Assembly: GCF_017348835.2 (NCBI RefSeq)
Contig: NZ_CP071375.1
Length of the DNA stretch: 64,000 nucleotides
Direction: 5' to 3' (one strand)
DNA from: Escherichia coli
Lineage (GTDB): Bacteria; Pseudomonadota; Gammaproteobacteria; Enterobacterales; Enterobacteriaceae
Part shown: in pieces, positions 20,507 through 32,511 of the stretch
How positions within the stretch are numbered: position 1 is the first letter of the stretch
How the letters are laid out: the number at the start of each line of letters is the position of its first letter
Program-made: the position numbers and the translations under genes
The notes under the pieces: model-generated
Databases searched by the model: none
What the model was told of the DNA's origin: nothing
What the model saw: only the letters and a program-made list of their open reading frames with translations

Positions 20507-21901
20507 CTACTCTCTCCGTTCCGGCAATCTAAAGTTAATCTTTTCCACATTAACAATATGGTGATTAATCCTGTCGATATCGACGGAGCTTTGCCCACTT
20601 TCATTCACCGCATGAACATTTGCAAGAGACAGCAGTGTTTCTTCTTTCGCCATAAAGACGCCTCGAACGTCTTTGCGCATGTCGAAGTTCATGCTCAATG
20701 CTGGTCCAACAGAGGATTCCTGCATCACTTTGATATTACGCATAAAAAGATGTTGCGGTTTGTTGTGAAGCTCCAGCGAGGCACGCTTCATCTCAATGTT
20801 AGTCAGTGCCACAAAGGAGACGGCATTCCCGGCGGAGATTTGGATGCCGCGCAATTTATAAGCAAGATGGGTGTTATCCAGTTGAATATTATTCACTCGG
20901 AAATTTTGCGGTATCGAGAGATATTTGCCTTTAATTACCCCATAGCCTATTAACATCCCGGCGCTATTAATCATTTCAATATTATCAATCACGAAATTGT
21001 CACAACCGTAAATAGCGACTGTCGCGTTATCAATGCCTGCTTTCTTACTGAAATCCGGCGTGATATTGCAGGCTTTGATATTACGAATAACAAAATGTTT
21101 ACCATTTTCAACATGGATCAACTGCCGACAATCCGATCCCGTGATATTCGCCACGACAAAGTTTTTCACTGCCTGGTCTTCCGGGTAGTTATTATCATAA
21201 GTACTCCCCGCAAGGCCTATGCCAATGCCCCAGTTGATTTTGCCGTTGGTACAGTTGATGCGCTCGATGACATGGTCGGAGATCAAAATATCACTGTCGT
21301 TAATCGCCACGTTCCATTCAATGGCGTCGCCCTGTAAGTCGCTGAACTTACAGTTGGTGATGTTGGCACCGATAATCTGGTTATGAAATCCCTGGCGCAA
21401 AATAGCGTAATTAGCGTGGTTAACGGTCAGGTTATCGATGGTCAGGTTGCGCATGACCCGTTTGTTTTTGCCGCCGATATAAATCTGCGTTACCGGGCCA
21501 AAGCCGCTCATCGCCAGCCCTTTGATGGTGCAGTCAGAACCACGCACATCCAGGGTGATGTTATGCATACTGCCGCCCTTCTCCCCTGTCACCTGGCTGC
21601 CGTCCTGTAAGACAAATCGCCCTCTGCCGTTGCCGCGCAGGCTTCCAAGGATGTGTAACGTTTTGCCGGGAGGGATGAAGATGCCGGTGTTGATATTGTC
21701 ACAAACGAATCCGGCAGGCACGACGACTGTTTGCCCTTCGCTGAAGGCTTGTTTAAATGAGGCGATCCAGTCGTGAGGGTTGTAGTCGTTAATGTTAACG
21801 CTTTGTCGGGCGGGAAGTGCGCGAGCGAAAGGGGTATGGAGGAAGGCAAGCGCCGAGCTTGCCGTCAGGAAGGTGCGTCGGGAGAGTGTTTTAAATGGCA
21901 T
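20507..21901 (-). CDS. wcaM: Colanic acid biosynthesis protein WcaM
   Basis: 464 aa, N-terminal Tat-like signal ([20 protein letters not shown]), beta-helix-like; last gene of the colanic acid cluster. Confidence 0.9.
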   Translation of the reverse strand: MPFKTLSRRTFLTASSALAFLHTPFARALPARQSVNINDYNPHDWIASFKQAFSEGQTVVVPAGFVCDNINTGIFIPPGKTLHILGSLRGNGRGRFVLQDGSQVTGEKGGSMHNITLDVRGSDCTIKGLAMSGFGPVTQIYIGGKNKRVMRNLTIDNLTVNHANYAILRQGFHNQIIGANITNCKFSDLQGDAIEWNVAINDSDILISDHVIERINCTNGKINWGIGIGLAGSTYDNNYPEDQAVKNFVVANITGSDCRQLIHVENGKHFVIRNIKACNITPDFSKKAGIDNATVAIYGCDNFVIDNIEMINSAGMLIGYGVIKGKYLSIPQNFRVNNIQLDNTHLAYKLRGIQISAGNAVSFVALTNIEMKRASLELHNKPQHLFMRNIKVMQESSVGPALSMNFDMRKDVRGVFMAKEETLLSLANVHAVNESGQSSVDIDRINHHIVNVEKINFRLPERRE

Positions 21902-21911
21902 ACGTTCTCCT

Positions 21912-23132
21912 CTATAAAGCCTGTAACAAGCTGGCGAGTTCTCGATTAATCACCTGCTGGTTAAAATCGTGTTCGACTTTTTCGCGCGCACGTTTGACAA
22001 CCGGAGCCAGTTCGTCAGTGTCCAGTTGGCTAAATGCCGCCAGACGTTGCGCCAGTGCGCGAGCATCGTTCTCAGGCACCAGCCAGCCGGATTTATCGGC
22101 CTCCACCAGTTCCGGTATTCCGCTATGCAGAGTAGAAACCACCGGAATGCCGACCGCCATCGCTTCCATCAGCGCTACCGGAATGCCTTCCATATCGCCA
22201 TCCGCGCCCGTTACCGATGGCAACAGGAAGACATCCGCGTCGTCGAGCATCGCTTTCACTTCATGGCTCGGTTTAAAGCCCGGCATCTCCACCACATCTT
22301 CCAGTTGATATTGTTCGATGAGGGTGCGCAGGCGTCTTTCCCACGGGCCAATGCCGAGGATGCGATAGCGAAATGCCACGCCCTGCTCTTTCAACTGCCG
22401 ACAGGCTTCGATCGCCACATGCAGGCCTTTTTTCTCGGTTAAGCGTGCGACGGAAATGATTTCCAGCGGCGTTGCGGGCGCTTTCACCGGACGCGGGCTA
22501 AAGCGCGTCATGTCCACGCCCATACGCGATACGGCGATTTTTTCTCTGGGGCAGCCCATTTTTTGCAGCCTTCCTGCCCACAGATCGCTTATCGGTAACA
22601 TCAGGTCGCCACGGCGAAACAGTTGTTGATATTCGGGAGTGTAGTGGTTGAGCACTTCCCGACTGGAGATATCAATACCGTGGAAGATGGTGGCAATTTT
22701 GCCGCGAATGACACCCAGTTCGCGTAGTTTTGCTGCGGTTACCCCCGCCGGGCCAAAATGAGCGATAAAGACATCGGCATGAAACGGTGTTGCGACCTGG
22801 CCGCAAATGGCAGACAAAATCAGGTTTCGCGACTCAGCACCATAGCGTTTGAGGTTGAGCGCCTGCCAGGTATTTTTACGATGAATGCCGTGTAAGGTCT
22901 GGCTGGCGCGGTGGCGCAGTTTCGCAACTTTGCCTTGTGGTTCGTCCTGTAACCAGCGGGTTCTGGCGGCAAGGTTGTATTTCGTCCATGCCGCGTGGGT
23001 ATTCTGGGTGTCGCCTTTTTGCAGCGCGACAATCTCCACTTCAAAGCCCATATCAATAAACGCGGTAATTTGATTGAGGACGAAGGTTTCCGACGACAGC
23101 GGAAATTTCAGTAAAAAGAAGCCGACCTTCAT
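21912..23132 (-). CDS. wcaL: Colanic acid glycosyltransferase WcaL
   Basis: 406-aa GT4 ORF, recognised and in conserved order. Confidence 0.9.
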   Translation of the reverse strand: MKVGFFLLKFPLSSETFVLNQITAFIDMGFEVEIVALQKGDTQNTHAAWTKYNLAARTRWLQDEPQGKVAKLRHRASQTLHGIHRKNTWQALNLKRYGAESRNLILSAICGQVATPFHADVFIAHFGPAGVTAAKLRELGVIRGKIATIFHGIDISSREVLNHYTPEYQQLFRRGDLMLPISDLWAGRLQKMGCPREKIAVSRMGVDMTRFSPRPVKAPATPLEIISVARLTEKKGLHVAIEACRQLKEQGVAFRYRILGIGPWERRLRTLIEQYQLEDVVEMPGFKPSHEVKAMLDDADVFLLPSVTGADGDMEGIPVALMEAMAVGIPVVSTLHSGIPELVEADKSGWLVPENDARALAQRLAAFSQLDTDELAPVVKRAREKVEHDFNQQVINRELASLLQAL

Positions 23133-24409
23133 TTCACCTCCCCGATGCGTTCAAGCACAGATTGCACCATCTGCATTCCTGTATGACGCTCACGACTGAC
23201 AGCTTCGTTAAGTCGTGCGTTCAGCGCCGGAAGCTGGCCTAAGGTATCCGCAACCATCGCTTGCAGGCTGCCGTCCAGTAAATGACGGATATCAATTGCC
23301 ATCTCCGGTAGTCCCAGCTGCTGCATGATCCCGGCGGATTTATGTTCATAGTTGATGGCAATCGCCGGAGTAGCAAAGTTCATTGAGATAATAGCGGAGT
23401 GCAGACGCGTACCAACGGTGAGTTCACAGGCACCGAGAATTTTGCCCATTTCCAGATCGTTAAGTTCATCCATCACTACGTGGTAACGGGCAGGATCGCT
23501 GATATGCTGGCGCAGGTTGAGCGCCACCATGCGGTCGTCTTTGTTATAACTGTCGATGCCCGTACAGGTGGAGAGCGCAATCACCTGATAGCCTTCGTCG
23601 AGAATGCGATTGACCACCCCGGCAAAGGCTTTTTCATACGCTTGCTGAGTGGTGCCGAGACGTTTGTCGAACGGTGCCAGTTCGCGCAGGGTAATTGCCA
23701 CCGTTTTCTGTTGTGCGGCAACGTCCAGCCAGTGTTGGACGGCATAGCTGGCGGTGAAATCTTCGGTGTGGTGATCGACCAGCCACGCGGTATCGACGCC
23801 ATGTTCAACTTTTGCAGTGGTGATATTGCTGCGTTTCATCAGATCAAGACTGACCGATTCGCGCAGGATCAGCGCGTCACAGTGACCAAAAACGTAGTTC
23901 GCCAGTTGGTTAAATTGCTCATCCTGGAAGGGGCCGACGCTGTGACCAATCATAAACAGCGGCTTTTTCGCCATAAACGTGCAAAGCGCATGTTCAAACT
24001 GCGGCACGCCATAGAGATCGACAAAAAACGATCCGCCGACCTGGATAATGGCGTCGTAACCTGACAGCAGGCGCACGAAGTCGGTGAATCCCTGGGCGAT
24101 GGCGATATTACGCAGCTTGCCAGTGTCGGTGACGCGCGAGAGCAGTACCTGGTGCTGATAGCGGCGACGGAGGACTTTTTTAACGCGCCCGACAACGCCC
24201 GCCGCGCTGTTGTGTTGTTTCATTTGAAGGAACAGCGGATCACCCATTACCGGGCGGTTGAGCAGCCAGGAAGAACTGACCGGATAGCGGCTCATCACGT
24301 CCACTTCGGCTTGTGGATTGAGGATGTTGATGGCATCAAGTAAGCCGCGCAGGATGGCGCTGTCGCCACGATTGCCGCAAGTGTGGTTGCCCAGAATAAG
24401 TAATTTCAT
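23129..24409 (-). CDS. wcaK: Colanic acid pyruvyltransferase WcaK
   Basis: 426-aa ORF recognised as WcaK; overlaps wcaL start by 4 nt. Confidence 0.9.
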   Translation of the reverse strand: MKLLILGNHTCGNRGDSAILRGLLDAINILNPQAEVDVMSRYPVSSSWLLNRPVMGDPLFLQMKQHNSAAGVVGRVKKVLRRRYQHQVLLSRVTDTGKLRNIAIAQGFTDFVRLLSGYDAIIQVGGSFFVDLYGVPQFEHALCTFMAKKPLFMIGHSVGPFQDEQFNQLANYVFGHCDALILRESVSLDLMKRSNITTAKVEHGVDTAWLVDHHTEDFTASYAVQHWLDVAAQQKTVAITLRELAPFDKRLGTTQQAYEKAFAGVVNRILDEGYQVIALSTCTGIDSYNKDDRMVALNLRQHISDPARYHVVMDELNDLEMGKILGACELTVGTRLHSAIISMNFATPAIAINYEHKSAGIMQQLGLPEMAIDIRHLLDGSLQAMVADTLGQLPALNARLNEAVSRERHTGMQMVQSVLERIGEVK

Positions 24410-24468
24410 TTTTTCCTCATAAATTTGATGCCAGGTGAGGCTGTGTTTGTTGTGTCCGTTGCCGCTTT

Positions 24469-24850
24469 TTGCCTGATGCGACGCTGGCGCGTCTTATCAG
24501 GCCTACAGGTCCCGAGCACAGAACCGTAGGACGGATAAGGCGTTCACGCCGCATCCGGCATTCAGTGCCTGATGCGACGCTGACGCGTCTTATCAGGCCT
24601 ACAGGTCCCGAGCACAGAACCGTAAGACGGATAAGGCATTCACGCCGCATCCGGCATTCAGTGCCTGATGCGACGCTGACGCGTCTTATCAGGCCTACAA
24701 GATCCAAGCACAGAACCGTAGGATGGATAAGGCGTTCACGCCGCATCCGGCATTCAGTGCCTGATGCGACGCTGGCGCGTCTTATCAGGCCTACAAGACC
24801 CGAGCACAGAACCGTAGGCCGGAATAAGGCGTTTTACGCTGCACCCGGCA
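24469..24850. repeat. REP/BIME array (about four tandem units of paired, inverted REP sequences)
   Basis: Repeated gcctgatgcgacgct(g/a)(g/a)cgcgtcttatcaggcctaca alternating with the inverted gtaggacggataaggcgttcacgccgcatccggca, with a period of roughly 100 bp, in the wzxC-wcaK spacer. Confidence 0.85.
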
Positions 24851-24877
24851 ACCGTTGTCGGAACCGAAAACAACAAC

Positions 24878-26356
24878 TCACCCCGCCCGTAAAAGCATTT
24901 TCATTTTTTCGCTGCGACAAAACTGACGCTTCACTTCCACCACCAGCGGATGGCGCGACAGCACAATCATCACTACAAACGCCAGCACGCCCGCGGCTAT
25001 TTGCACCGCCAGCAGCATCCCCAGCGCCAGTTGCCCTTTCAGCACAATGCCCAGCGCATAACTGACCACCAGCGTCGGCAGCGATAGGTAAAACGGCAGC
25101 CACAAACTCAGGATGTACTGGCGATAACTGGAACCAAGAACCGGTTTAATCATCACGAAGTAACTCAGAATGGTGTTGATAATCTGCACCAGCAGGAAGC
25201 CAAGCGTGACGCCGATTGCGCCCGCCATCTGCCCACCAATAACAATCGCCGGAATAAACAGAAATGTTTTGAATACGTTGAATTTAAAGCTGATATCGAC
25301 CCGCGCTTTCGCCATCAGCAGCGAACCAATCGGGTTACCCACCGAACGCAGCAGACCCACCACACACAGCAATTGCAGCACCGGAATAATGCTGTTCCAC
25401 TTCTCACCAAAGACCAGCGGTACAAAGTTATTCGACACCACCATCAGCCCCAGCAGCGCCGGAAAGTTGATAATCCCCACCACCGACAGCAGCTTGTAGA
25501 AGTTGACGCGCAGCTTTTCGGTGTCGTCCTGAATTTTGGCAAACGCCGGAAACAACACGCGCGTGATGATTGGGTTCAGCTTCATCGGAGGCACAACGGC
25601 CACGTTGTACGCCAAGTTGTATCCCCCTGCCACGCCCGCGCCGAGAATACGCGCCAGCACCAGCGTTGAAAGGTTGGTATTGAGATAGTTGATGATGCTG
25701 TCCGCCGTCAGCCAGGCACCAAAGCGTAAGTTTGGTGCCACCGACGCCAGCGAGAAATGCAGACCGGGGCGATAAATTTTTCGACCAAAGTAGCCAAACA
25801 GCAGCGTTCTTACCGCACTATTGACCAGATAACCGAGGATCGCGGTCATCGCCAGCGGCCAGAAATGGGCGCTAACCACCGTAAAAGTGAAGCCCGCCAG
25901 CACCGCGCTGGTTTCGATCATGCCGATTTTGTTGAACTCCAGTTCCTTTTGCATCAACGCGCGGAACTGCTGCCCGTGGGGGATCACCACAAACGCCAGC
26001 GACAATGTTTTAATCAACGGTGCCAGGTCCGGGTTATTCAGCACGTCGCCGATGACATCACTCAACAGAAACACCGCCACGCACACCACGATCCCCAGTC
26101 CGACGTTCAGCCAGTACAGCGTGGTGAGTTCAAGGTGGCTGATTTCTTTTCGCTGAATAATCGAGTTAGCGATACCGAAGTCAGAAAGCGTATCTGCCAG
26201 CGCGATAATCACCAGCGACACAGTCAGCAGGCCGAACTGGTGGTTGTCGATAATCCGCGCCAGCACGGTCATCTGCACCAGCCCGAGACCGATGATGATC
26301 ACCGTAGCAATCGCCGACCACTTCGCGCCGCTGATGGTTTTTTCACGTAAGCTCAT
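24878..26356 (-). CDS. wzxC: Colanic acid repeat-unit flippase WzxC
   Basis: 492-aa polytopic membrane ORF recognised as WzxC. Confidence 0.9.
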   Translation of the reverse strand: MSLREKTISGAKWSAIATVIIIGLGLVQMTVLARIIDNHQFGLLTVSLVIIALADTLSDFGIANSIIQRKEISHLELTTLYWLNVGLGIVVCVAVFLLSDVIGDVLNNPDLAPLIKTLSLAFVVIPHGQQFRALMQKELEFNKIGMIETSAVLAGFTFTVVSAHFWPLAMTAILGYLVNSAVRTLLFGYFGRKIYRPGLHFSLASVAPNLRFGAWLTADSIINYLNTNLSTLVLARILGAGVAGGYNLAYNVAVVPPMKLNPIITRVLFPAFAKIQDDTEKLRVNFYKLLSVVGIINFPALLGLMVVSNNFVPLVFGEKWNSIIPVLQLLCVVGLLRSVGNPIGSLLMAKARVDISFKFNVFKTFLFIPAIVIGGQMAGAIGVTLGFLLVQIINTILSYFVMIKPVLGSSYRQYILSLWLPFYLSLPTLVVSYALGIVLKGQLALGMLLAVQIAAGVLAFVVMIVLSRHPLVVEVKRQFCRSEKMKMLLRAG

Positions 26357-26357
26357 A

Positions 26358-27752
26358 TCAATATGCCGCTTTGTTAACGAAGCCTTTGAATACCGTCAGG
26401 AAAACGATTTTGATATCGAACCAGACGCTCCATTCGCGGATGTACTCAAGGTCGAACTCGACGCGTTTTTCCATTTTCTCCAGCGTGTCGGTTTCGCCGC
26501 GCCAGCCGTTAATCTGCGCCCAGCCGGTAATGCCCGGTTTCACTTTATGGCGCAGCATGTAGCCTTCAATGAGCTGGCGATACTGTTCGTTATGCGCCAC
26601 CGCGTGCGGACGTGGACCCACAATCGACATCCCCCCGGTCAGCACATTGATAAACTGCGGCAGTTCATCCAGCGAGGTGCGGCGCAGAAAGTTCCCCACT
26701 TTGGTGACGCGCGGATCGTTCTGCGTCGCCTGGGTCACCACTTTGTCGTTCTCCATCACTTTCATGGAACGGAACTTCCACACTTTGATCGGCTTGCCAT
26801 CCATGCCGTAGCGAGTCTGGCGGAAAATAACCGGCCCAGGTGAACTGAGTTTCACCGCCAGCGCAATGCAGCACAGCACCGGGGAGATCAGCAGCAGGAT
26901 AAGCGTCGCCAGCACAATGTCTTCCGCACGTTTGAGCAGGCGGTTAACCCCGGAAAGCGGCGTGTCGTAAAGCGGCACCACCGGAACGCCGTTCATCTCT
27001 TCAAGACGTGAATGGAGAATGTTGAAGGTAAAGACATCGGGGATCAGCAGCACCGAACAGGTGGTGTCCGCCAATTGATGGACCAGTTTTTTCACTCGCG
27101 CGCCGTCGCACATTTGCATCGCGATATAGACGTTATGAATCTTGCCCGCTTTCGCGTCCTCGACCAGCTGTTGCAGATTACCCGCCCAGTCGTTAGAAAC
27201 GCCGCCCGGTTTCGGGTCGTGGTAAACGCCCACCACTTCAAACCCTAACCACGGCTGGTTACGGAAGCTCTCCATCAGCATTTGCCCGGCGGCTAAATCC
27301 CCCGCCACCGCGACCATGCGCTTGTTATAGCCATGATTACGCAGCCAGCCCGCCCCAATGCGAATACATGAACGGCAAACCACCAGTCCGATGCTGGTCA
27401 GCCCATACCACGCCAGCCAGATTTTCAGTTGCGTGTCGAAATCATTGTTGAACGCCACCAGTCCGGCGCTGAAAATCACGCTTAAGGTCCAGTTTTGTAG
27501 CAACAGGGCAAATTCTGTCGCTGCCCGAACACCGCGCCATGAGCGATAAAAATCGGTGATGCCACCCAGCATCTGGAACACCACCAGCGTAATCAGCGCC
27601 ACCAACAGGTGCATGTAGAGGAATGACAGGCCGCTCACTTCGCAAACCAGCCATAGTCCGGCAAACATGATGGTGATATCTGAAAAGCGTTGCACCATAG
27701 AGATTAACGATGCATTGGTTTTCGCTCGCTCGCGCTTTTTTAGATTTGTCAT
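26358..27752 (-). CDS. wcaJ: Undecaprenyl-phosphate glucose-1-phosphate transferase WcaJ
   Basis: 464-aa ORF with polyprenyl-phosphate hexose-1-P transferase C-terminus (LDELPQF...GPRP). Confidence 0.9.
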   Translation of the reverse strand: MTNLKKRERAKTNASLISMVQRFSDITIMFAGLWLVCEVSGLSFLYMHLLVALITLVVFQMLGGITDFYRSWRGVRAATEFALLLQNWTLSVIFSAGLVAFNNDFDTQLKIWLAWYGLTSIGLVVCRSCIRIGAGWLRNHGYNKRMVAVAGDLAAGQMLMESFRNQPWLGFEVVGVYHDPKPGGVSNDWAGNLQQLVEDAKAGKIHNVYIAMQMCDGARVKKLVHQLADTTCSVLLIPDVFTFNILHSRLEEMNGVPVVPLYDTPLSGVNRLLKRAEDIVLATLILLLISPVLCCIALAVKLSSPGPVIFRQTRYGMDGKPIKVWKFRSMKVMENDKVVTQATQNDPRVTKVGNFLRRTSLDELPQFINVLTGGMSIVGPRPHAVAHNEQYRQLIEGYMLRHKVKPGITGWAQINGWRGETDTLEKMEKRVEFDLEYIREWSVWFDIKIVFLTVFKGFVNKAAY

Positions 27753-27806
27753 CGTTGTTCCTGTTATTAGCCCCTTACCCGCAGTGGGGTAAGGGAAGAT
27801 CCGACA

Positions 27807-29177
27807 TTACTCATTCAGCAACGTCAGCAGAGTTCGCGTTCGCGCTTCCATCAGCGGTACATCACCGCGCGATTCCACATTCAACCGCACCACCGGTTCG
27901 GTGTTGGAGGTGCGCAGGTTAAAGCGCCAGTCGGCAAAGGTCATGCTGATGCCATCGGTGCGATCCACCGCCAGCGCCTCACGGCTAAAATGCTGTTCCA
28001 CGCGGTTAATCGCCTCAACGGGGTGCGCCAGTTTGCTGTTGATCTCACCGCTTGCCGGAAATGCTGCCATCCGGTCGCGCACCAGTTCGCCCAGCGTTTT
28101 TCCTTTCAGGCACACCAGTTCGGCGACCAGCAGCCACGGGATCATGCCGCTGTCGCAGTAAGCGAAATCACGGAAGTAATGATGGGCGCTCATTTCGCCA
28201 CCGTAGATGGCGTCTTCCTTGCGCATCCGTTCTTTAATAAAGGCGTGTCCGGTTTTCGACATTACCGGTGTGCCGCCCGCGGCGGTCACCACATCAACAG
28301 TGTTCCAGGAGAGACGTGGATCGTGGATGATCTTCGCGCCGGGATTTTTTTCGAGGAATGCTTCTGCCAACAGGCCGACAATGTAGTAGCCCTCAATAAA
28401 CTGCCCTTTTTCGTCAAACAGGAAGCAGCGATCAAAATCACCGTCAAAGGCAATGCCCATATCCGCGCCGTGTTTGATGACCGCATTGCGGGTGTCGTCG
28501 CGACATTCCGGCAGCAGCGGGTTAGGAATACCGTTGGGGAAATTGCCGTCCGGCATGTTGTGCACTTTGATTAATTCCACGGGTGCACCGAGGGCGTTAA
28601 AGCGGGCTTCGATAGCGTCCACCACCGGACCCGCCGCGCCGTTCCCGGAGTTAATCACCAGCTTGAGCGGCGTGAGGTTTTTGACGTTGATATAACCGAA
28701 CAGGTGATCAACGTAAGCGTCACGCAGATTGATTTTCTGATAGCGACCGCGTTTGGTTTCATCAACGGGAGGGAAGTCGTTGGCTTCTGCCAGGCGCTGG
28801 ACTTCGCGCAGTCCGGTATCACCGCTGATCGGGCGAGCCCCTTCGCGCACCAGCTTCATGCCGTTGTAATCCATCGGGTTATGGCTGGCGGTAACTTCGA
28901 TGCCGCCATCCACGCCGAGATGGAACGTGGCGAAATAGATCTCTTCGGTGCCGGACATGCCAATATCCAGCACATCGACGCCCGCATCCTGTAAACCTTT
29001 CGCCAGCGCCAGTTTTAAGGTTTCGCTGGTGAGGCGGACATCACCGCCTAACACAATGGTTTTCGGTTTGAGAAATTCGCCATAGGCGCGACCAATGCGC
29101 CAGGCAATATCTTCATTCAGTTCTTCGCCTAATTTCCCGCGAATATCATAGGCTTTAAAGCAGGTTAATTTTTTCAT
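27807..29177 (-). CDS. cpsG: Phosphomannomutase CpsG (ManB)
   Basis: Protein [15 protein letters not shown]... with TASHNP active-site motif; the ORF track extends 16 codons upstream to 29225. Confidence 0.9.
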   Translation of the reverse strand: MKKLTCFKAYDIRGKLGEELNEDIAWRIGRAYGEFLKPKTIVLGGDVRLTSETLKLALAKGLQDAGVDVLDIGMSGTEEIYFATFHLGVDGGIEVTASHNPMDYNGMKLVREGARPISGDTGLREVQRLAEANDFPPVDETKRGRYQKINLRDAYVDHLFGYINVKNLTPLKLVINSGNGAAGPVVDAIEARFNALGAPVELIKVHNMPDGNFPNGIPNPLLPECRDDTRNAVIKHGADMGIAFDGDFDRCFLFDEKGQFIEGYYIVGLLAEAFLEKNPGAKIIHDPRLSWNTVDVVTAAGGTPVMSKTGHAFIKERMRKEDAIYGGEMSAHHYFRDFAYCDSGMIPWLLVAELVCLKGKTLGELVRDRMAAFPASGEINSKLAHPVEAINRVEQHFSREALAVDRTDGISMTFADWRFNLRTSNTEPVVRLNVESRGDVPLMEARTRTLLTLLNE

Positions 29178-29265
29178 GTCGTTACCCTTTTTCAGGCAAT
29201 AGTTGGCCCTGACCGAAGCGGCCAATTTTGTTTTTGTCGTTATTTACACCGCGGTTTCGCATTCA

Positions 29266-29368
29266 TTGCCTGATGCGACGCTGCCGCGTCTTATCAGGCC
29301 TACAAAACCGAACCGTAGGTCGGATAAGACGTTCACGCCGCATCCGACAAACAGCGCCTGATGCGACG
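29266..29368. repeat. REP/BIME element
   Basis: gcctgatgcgacgctgccgcgtcttatcaggcctac followed by the inverted gtaggtcggataagacgttcacgccgcatccgac, in the cpsB-cpsG spacer. Confidence 0.8.
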
Positions 29369-29369
29369 T

Positions 29370-30806
29370 TTACACCCGTCCGTAGCGATCCGCGAAGCGC
29401 ACCACATCATCCTCTTCGAGATAAGAGCCGGAGCGCACTTCAATTAAATCGAGCGGAATTTTCCCCGGGTTTTCCAGGCAGTGCGTCGCCCCCAGCGGAA
29501 TATAAATGGACTCGTTTTCACCAAGCAGTTTGATATCACCGTCAATAGTGACTTTTGCCGTTCCCGCGACCACCACCCAGTGTTCCGCGCGGTGATGGTG
29601 CATCTGTACCGACAAGCCTTCGCCCGGTTTCACGGTGATGCGTTTCACCTGGTAGCGGTCGCCCGCGTCGATAGAGTCATATTTGCCCCACGGGCGATAG
29701 ACTTCGCGATGTACCCGATGCTCATGGCGACCATCGGCTTTGATCTGCTCGACCACTTTTTTCACATCCTGCACCGCATTGCGGTCGGCAATCAGCACCG
29801 CATCTTTGGTCTGCACTACCACCAAATCTTTCACCCCGACGGTGGTGACCAGGCCAGATTCGGCATACACATAGCTGTTTTCAGTTTTGTGATTAATCAC
29901 ATCGCCATGGCAAACGTTGCCCTCGGCGGTGTGGGCACTGATCTCCCATAAAGAGGACCAGGAACCGACATCGCTCCAGCCCGCATCCATCGGCACCACA
30001 ACGGCATCTGCCGTACGTTCCATGACCGCGTAATCCACCGACTCTTCCGGGCAGGCGAGAAACGCTTCTTCATCCACGCGAATAAAATCGAGATCCGGAT
30101 CGACGGCGCTCATCGCTTTTTCACAGGCGTCAAGAATATCCGGGCGATATTTTTTCAGTTCTTCGAGATAGCGTCCGGCGCGGAACAGGAACATGCCGCT
30201 GTTCCAGTAATATTCGCCGCTTGCCACATAGGCCTGAGCGGTTTCCAGATTCGGTTTTTCGACAAACTGCGCCACTTCAAAGGCCACCATATCCTGCTCA
30301 CCCGCAGACACTTCACCGCGACGAATATAGCCATAACCGGTTTCAGGTAGATCCGGCACAATGCCGAAGGTCACCAGCTTGCCCGCTTCGGCATATGGCA
30401 TGGCATTACGCACGGCAGCACGGAACGCGTCTTCATCGGCAATCACATGATCCGCCGCCAATACCAGCATTAACGGGTCGTTCTCCGGGCTATGACGTTT
30501 TGCCGCCAGCGCCGCCAGCGCAATGGCAGGTGCAGTGTTACGCCCTGCAGGTTCGAGAATAATGTTCTCGGTGAGTTTGTTCAGTTGGCGCAGCTGTTCC
30601 GCGACAATAAAGCGGTGCTGCTCATTGCAAATCACCACCGGGCTTTCGCACTCTACGCCGTTCAGGCGGCAGATGGTGGTTTGCAGCATGGTGAGATCGC
30701 CTTTCAGGCATAAAAACTGCTTGGGGTAAAGTACGCGGGAAAGCGGCCATAAGCGGCTACCGGAGCCACCTGCCATCACAACTGGATAGAGTTTCGACTG
30801 CGCCAT
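29370..30806 (-). CDS. cpsB: Mannose-1-phosphate guanylyltransferase CpsB (ManC)
   Basis: 478-aa ORF ([24 protein letters not shown]) with C-terminal cupin domain. Confidence 0.9.
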   Translation of the reverse strand: MAQSKLYPVVMAGGSGSRLWPLSRVLYPKQFLCLKGDLTMLQTTICRLNGVECESPVVICNEQHRFIVAEQLRQLNKLTENIILEPAGRNTAPAIALAALAAKRHSPENDPLMLVLAADHVIADEDAFRAAVRNAMPYAEAGKLVTFGIVPDLPETGYGYIRRGEVSAGEQDMVAFEVAQFVEKPNLETAQAYVASGEYYWNSGMFLFRAGRYLEELKKYRPDILDACEKAMSAVDPDLDFIRVDEEAFLACPEESVDYAVMERTADAVVVPMDAGWSDVGSWSSLWEISAHTAEGNVCHGDVINHKTENSYVYAESGLVTTVGVKDLVVVQTKDAVLIADRNAVQDVKKVVEQIKADGRHEHRVHREVYRPWGKYDSIDAGDRYQVKRITVKPGEGLSVQMHHHRAEHWVVVAGTAKVTIDGDIKLLGENESIYIPLGATHCLENPGKIPLDLIEVRSGSYLEEDDVVRFADRYGRV

Positions 30807-30808
30807 AA

Positions 30809-32032
30809 TTATCCCCGAATATCATTTATAAATTGACGTAACACGTTCTCTTTATCGAGCGTGCGTTCGGCATATTCACGTGCCACCGTGTTGTGTTTGG
30901 GCAGCAGGAGCGCCTGACGAATCCCCGCCACCAGCGCCTCGACCGATTCCGGTTCCACGCAAACCGCAATGCCCGGAAAGGTTTCGCAAAGCTGTCCCAG
31001 TTCTGTGTGGGCTTCTGCGGTAATCACCGCGTTACCGCCTACCGCCAGAATATTGGTCAGTTTCGACGGCAATACGGCATCTGCCGCGCCGCGTTTTTGC
31101 ACCACCAGATGGCAATCCCCCATCTTCAGCAGTGCGGGTAAAGCGTCATACGATTGCAGCGGGAAAAATTGCATGTTGCGCAGTCCACGCTGCTGCGCCA
31201 TTTTTTCCAGCCGCGCTTTGCCGCCGCCCTGCCCGACAATGGCAAAAATCAGCGGTTCATCGCGCAGGCGTTCGGCAGCTTCAATAACGTTTTCCAGCCC
31301 CTGCTTTTCACCAATATTGCCGGAGTAAAGAATGATTTTTTTGTTATCCGGCAGGCCAAGCTGGTTACGAAGGGCATCAACATCGGCATCTGCAACATGC
31401 TGAAAACGGGCAATTTCCGACCAGTTGGGGAAGAAGATGACGTTCTCCTCCGCCACACCTTTTTCGATGGCTTTATTCATCATCGAACGCGAAATCGTGG
31501 AGACGTTATCGACGTTATGCAGTCCGCTACGTTCGAACGCCGTCGCCAGCTGTGCCACTTTGCCGCCTTTGCCTTTTCCGGCAAGGCCCAGCCCCAGCAT
31601 GGCGTCCACTTCGTAATCCTGAATATGCAGCACGGTACGCGCGCCAGAGAGTTTCGCCAGCAGGCGCATTCCCGGCGTGCAAAACAGCGTTGGCACTACG
31701 CCGATAATGCGCTCCGGCTTCCAGCGACGTTGCGCCATCAACGGGAAAAAACTGCTGACGGCAAAACTGCCGAGATGCAACAGGCGTTTCAGGGTGCTCG
31801 GCTGTTTTGGCACGTACAGCGGGCAGCGCCACACCGTGGCGGCCCCCTCTTCTCGTTTGTAGCGCCAGGCGGAATAGTTCTCGCCCACCTGCCACTGCGG
31901 GTAGTAAGGCGGTGCGGTAATGACCCGCACCTCATGACCTTGTGCCGCCAGCCATTCCACCATCTCGCCGGTGTATTTGCCGATGCCAGTTAACTCCGGC
32001 GAGTAGTTAATGCCGTAGACCAGAATTTTCAT
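30809..32032 (-). CDS. wcaI: Colanic acid glycosyltransferase WcaI
   Basis: 407-aa GT4 ORF recognised as WcaI. Confidence 0.9.
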   Translation of the reverse strand: MKILVYGINYSPELTGIGKYTGEMVEWLAAQGHEVRVITAPPYYPQWQVGENYSAWRYKREEGAATVWRCPLYVPKQPSTLKRLLHLGSFAVSSFFPLMAQRRWKPERIIGVVPTLFCTPGMRLLAKLSGARTVLHIQDYEVDAMLGLGLAGKGKGGKVAQLATAFERSGLHNVDNVSTISRSMMNKAIEKGVAEENVIFFPNWSEIARFQHVADADVDALRNQLGLPDNKKIILYSGNIGEKQGLENVIEAAERLRDEPLIFAIVGQGGGKARLEKMAQQRGLRNMQFFPLQSYDALPALLKMGDCHLVVQKRGAADAVLPSKLTNILAVGGNAVITAEAHTELGQLCETFPGIAVCVEPESVEALVAGIRQALLLPKHNTVAREYAERTLDKENVLRQFINDIRG

Positions 32033-32511
32033 AATCCGGGTACTCCGGCACGCTTCTCAGCGAGAAAATAGGCGCGGCTGTTAGCGTGAACATTGTCACT
32101 GGCGAGCAGTGCATCCGGCGTCAGCCAGCGGTAATCGTCATGCTGCTCATCCGGCAGTAACAGTTCTTCTTCCGCTACTCTGAAGCGAAAACCGAGCACC
32201 ACATAGTGAGTGGTGAAATCCGTGCCAGAGAAGTTATCGTCATAAAAGTGCTGCCAGACACCGTAAAACTGGCCTGCTGTTATCGGCAGACGCAGCCCCA
32301 GTTCCGCCATCGTCAGCCGCTCAAATGCGGCTTCCAGCGTTTCGTCTTTCTGCACGCGCCCTCCCGGCACAAACCAGTAACCCTGCGCCGGGCGGTTGGT
32401 TCTTTTGCCAAGCAGAAACTCGCCGCGACTGTTCTCGACAATAAAGTCGAGAGAGACAAGCGGAGTGGAGCGCACTACCGTGGCAAAGTCTTCCTGACGT
32501 AAAAACATCAT
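32029..32511 (-). CDS. gmm: GDP-mannose mannosyl hydrolase (Nudix), Gmm/WcaH
   Basis: 160-aa Nudix ORF; overlaps wcaI start by 4 nt and abuts fcl. Confidence 0.9.
   Translation of the reverse strand: MMFLRQEDFATVVRSTPLVSLDFIVENSRGEFLLGKRTNRPAQGYWFVPGGRVQKDETLEAAFERLTMAELGLRLPITAGQFYGVWQHFYDDNFSGTDFTTHYVVLGFRFRVAEEELLLPDEQHDDYRWLTPDALLASDNVHANSRAYFLAEKRAGVPGL

Noticed and set aside
20408-20953. 181-aa plus-strand ORF
   Set aside because: Antisense shadow ORF overlapping wcaM.
23399-24064. 221-aa plus-strand ORF
   Set aside because: Antisense shadow ORF inside wcaK.
24417-25065. ORF-track ORFs of 109 aa (minus) and 198 aa (plus) with internally repetitive, Arg/Pro-rich translations
   Set aside because: They lie entirely within the REP/BIME array and their repetitiveness simply mirrors the DNA repeats; not coding.
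27990-28574. 194-aa plus-strand ORF
   Set aside because: Antisense shadow ORF inside cpsG.
31154-31993. 279-aa plus-strand ORF
   Set aside because: Antisense to wcaI within GC-rich coding sequence; low-complexity Arg/Ala-rich translation; a shadow ORF.
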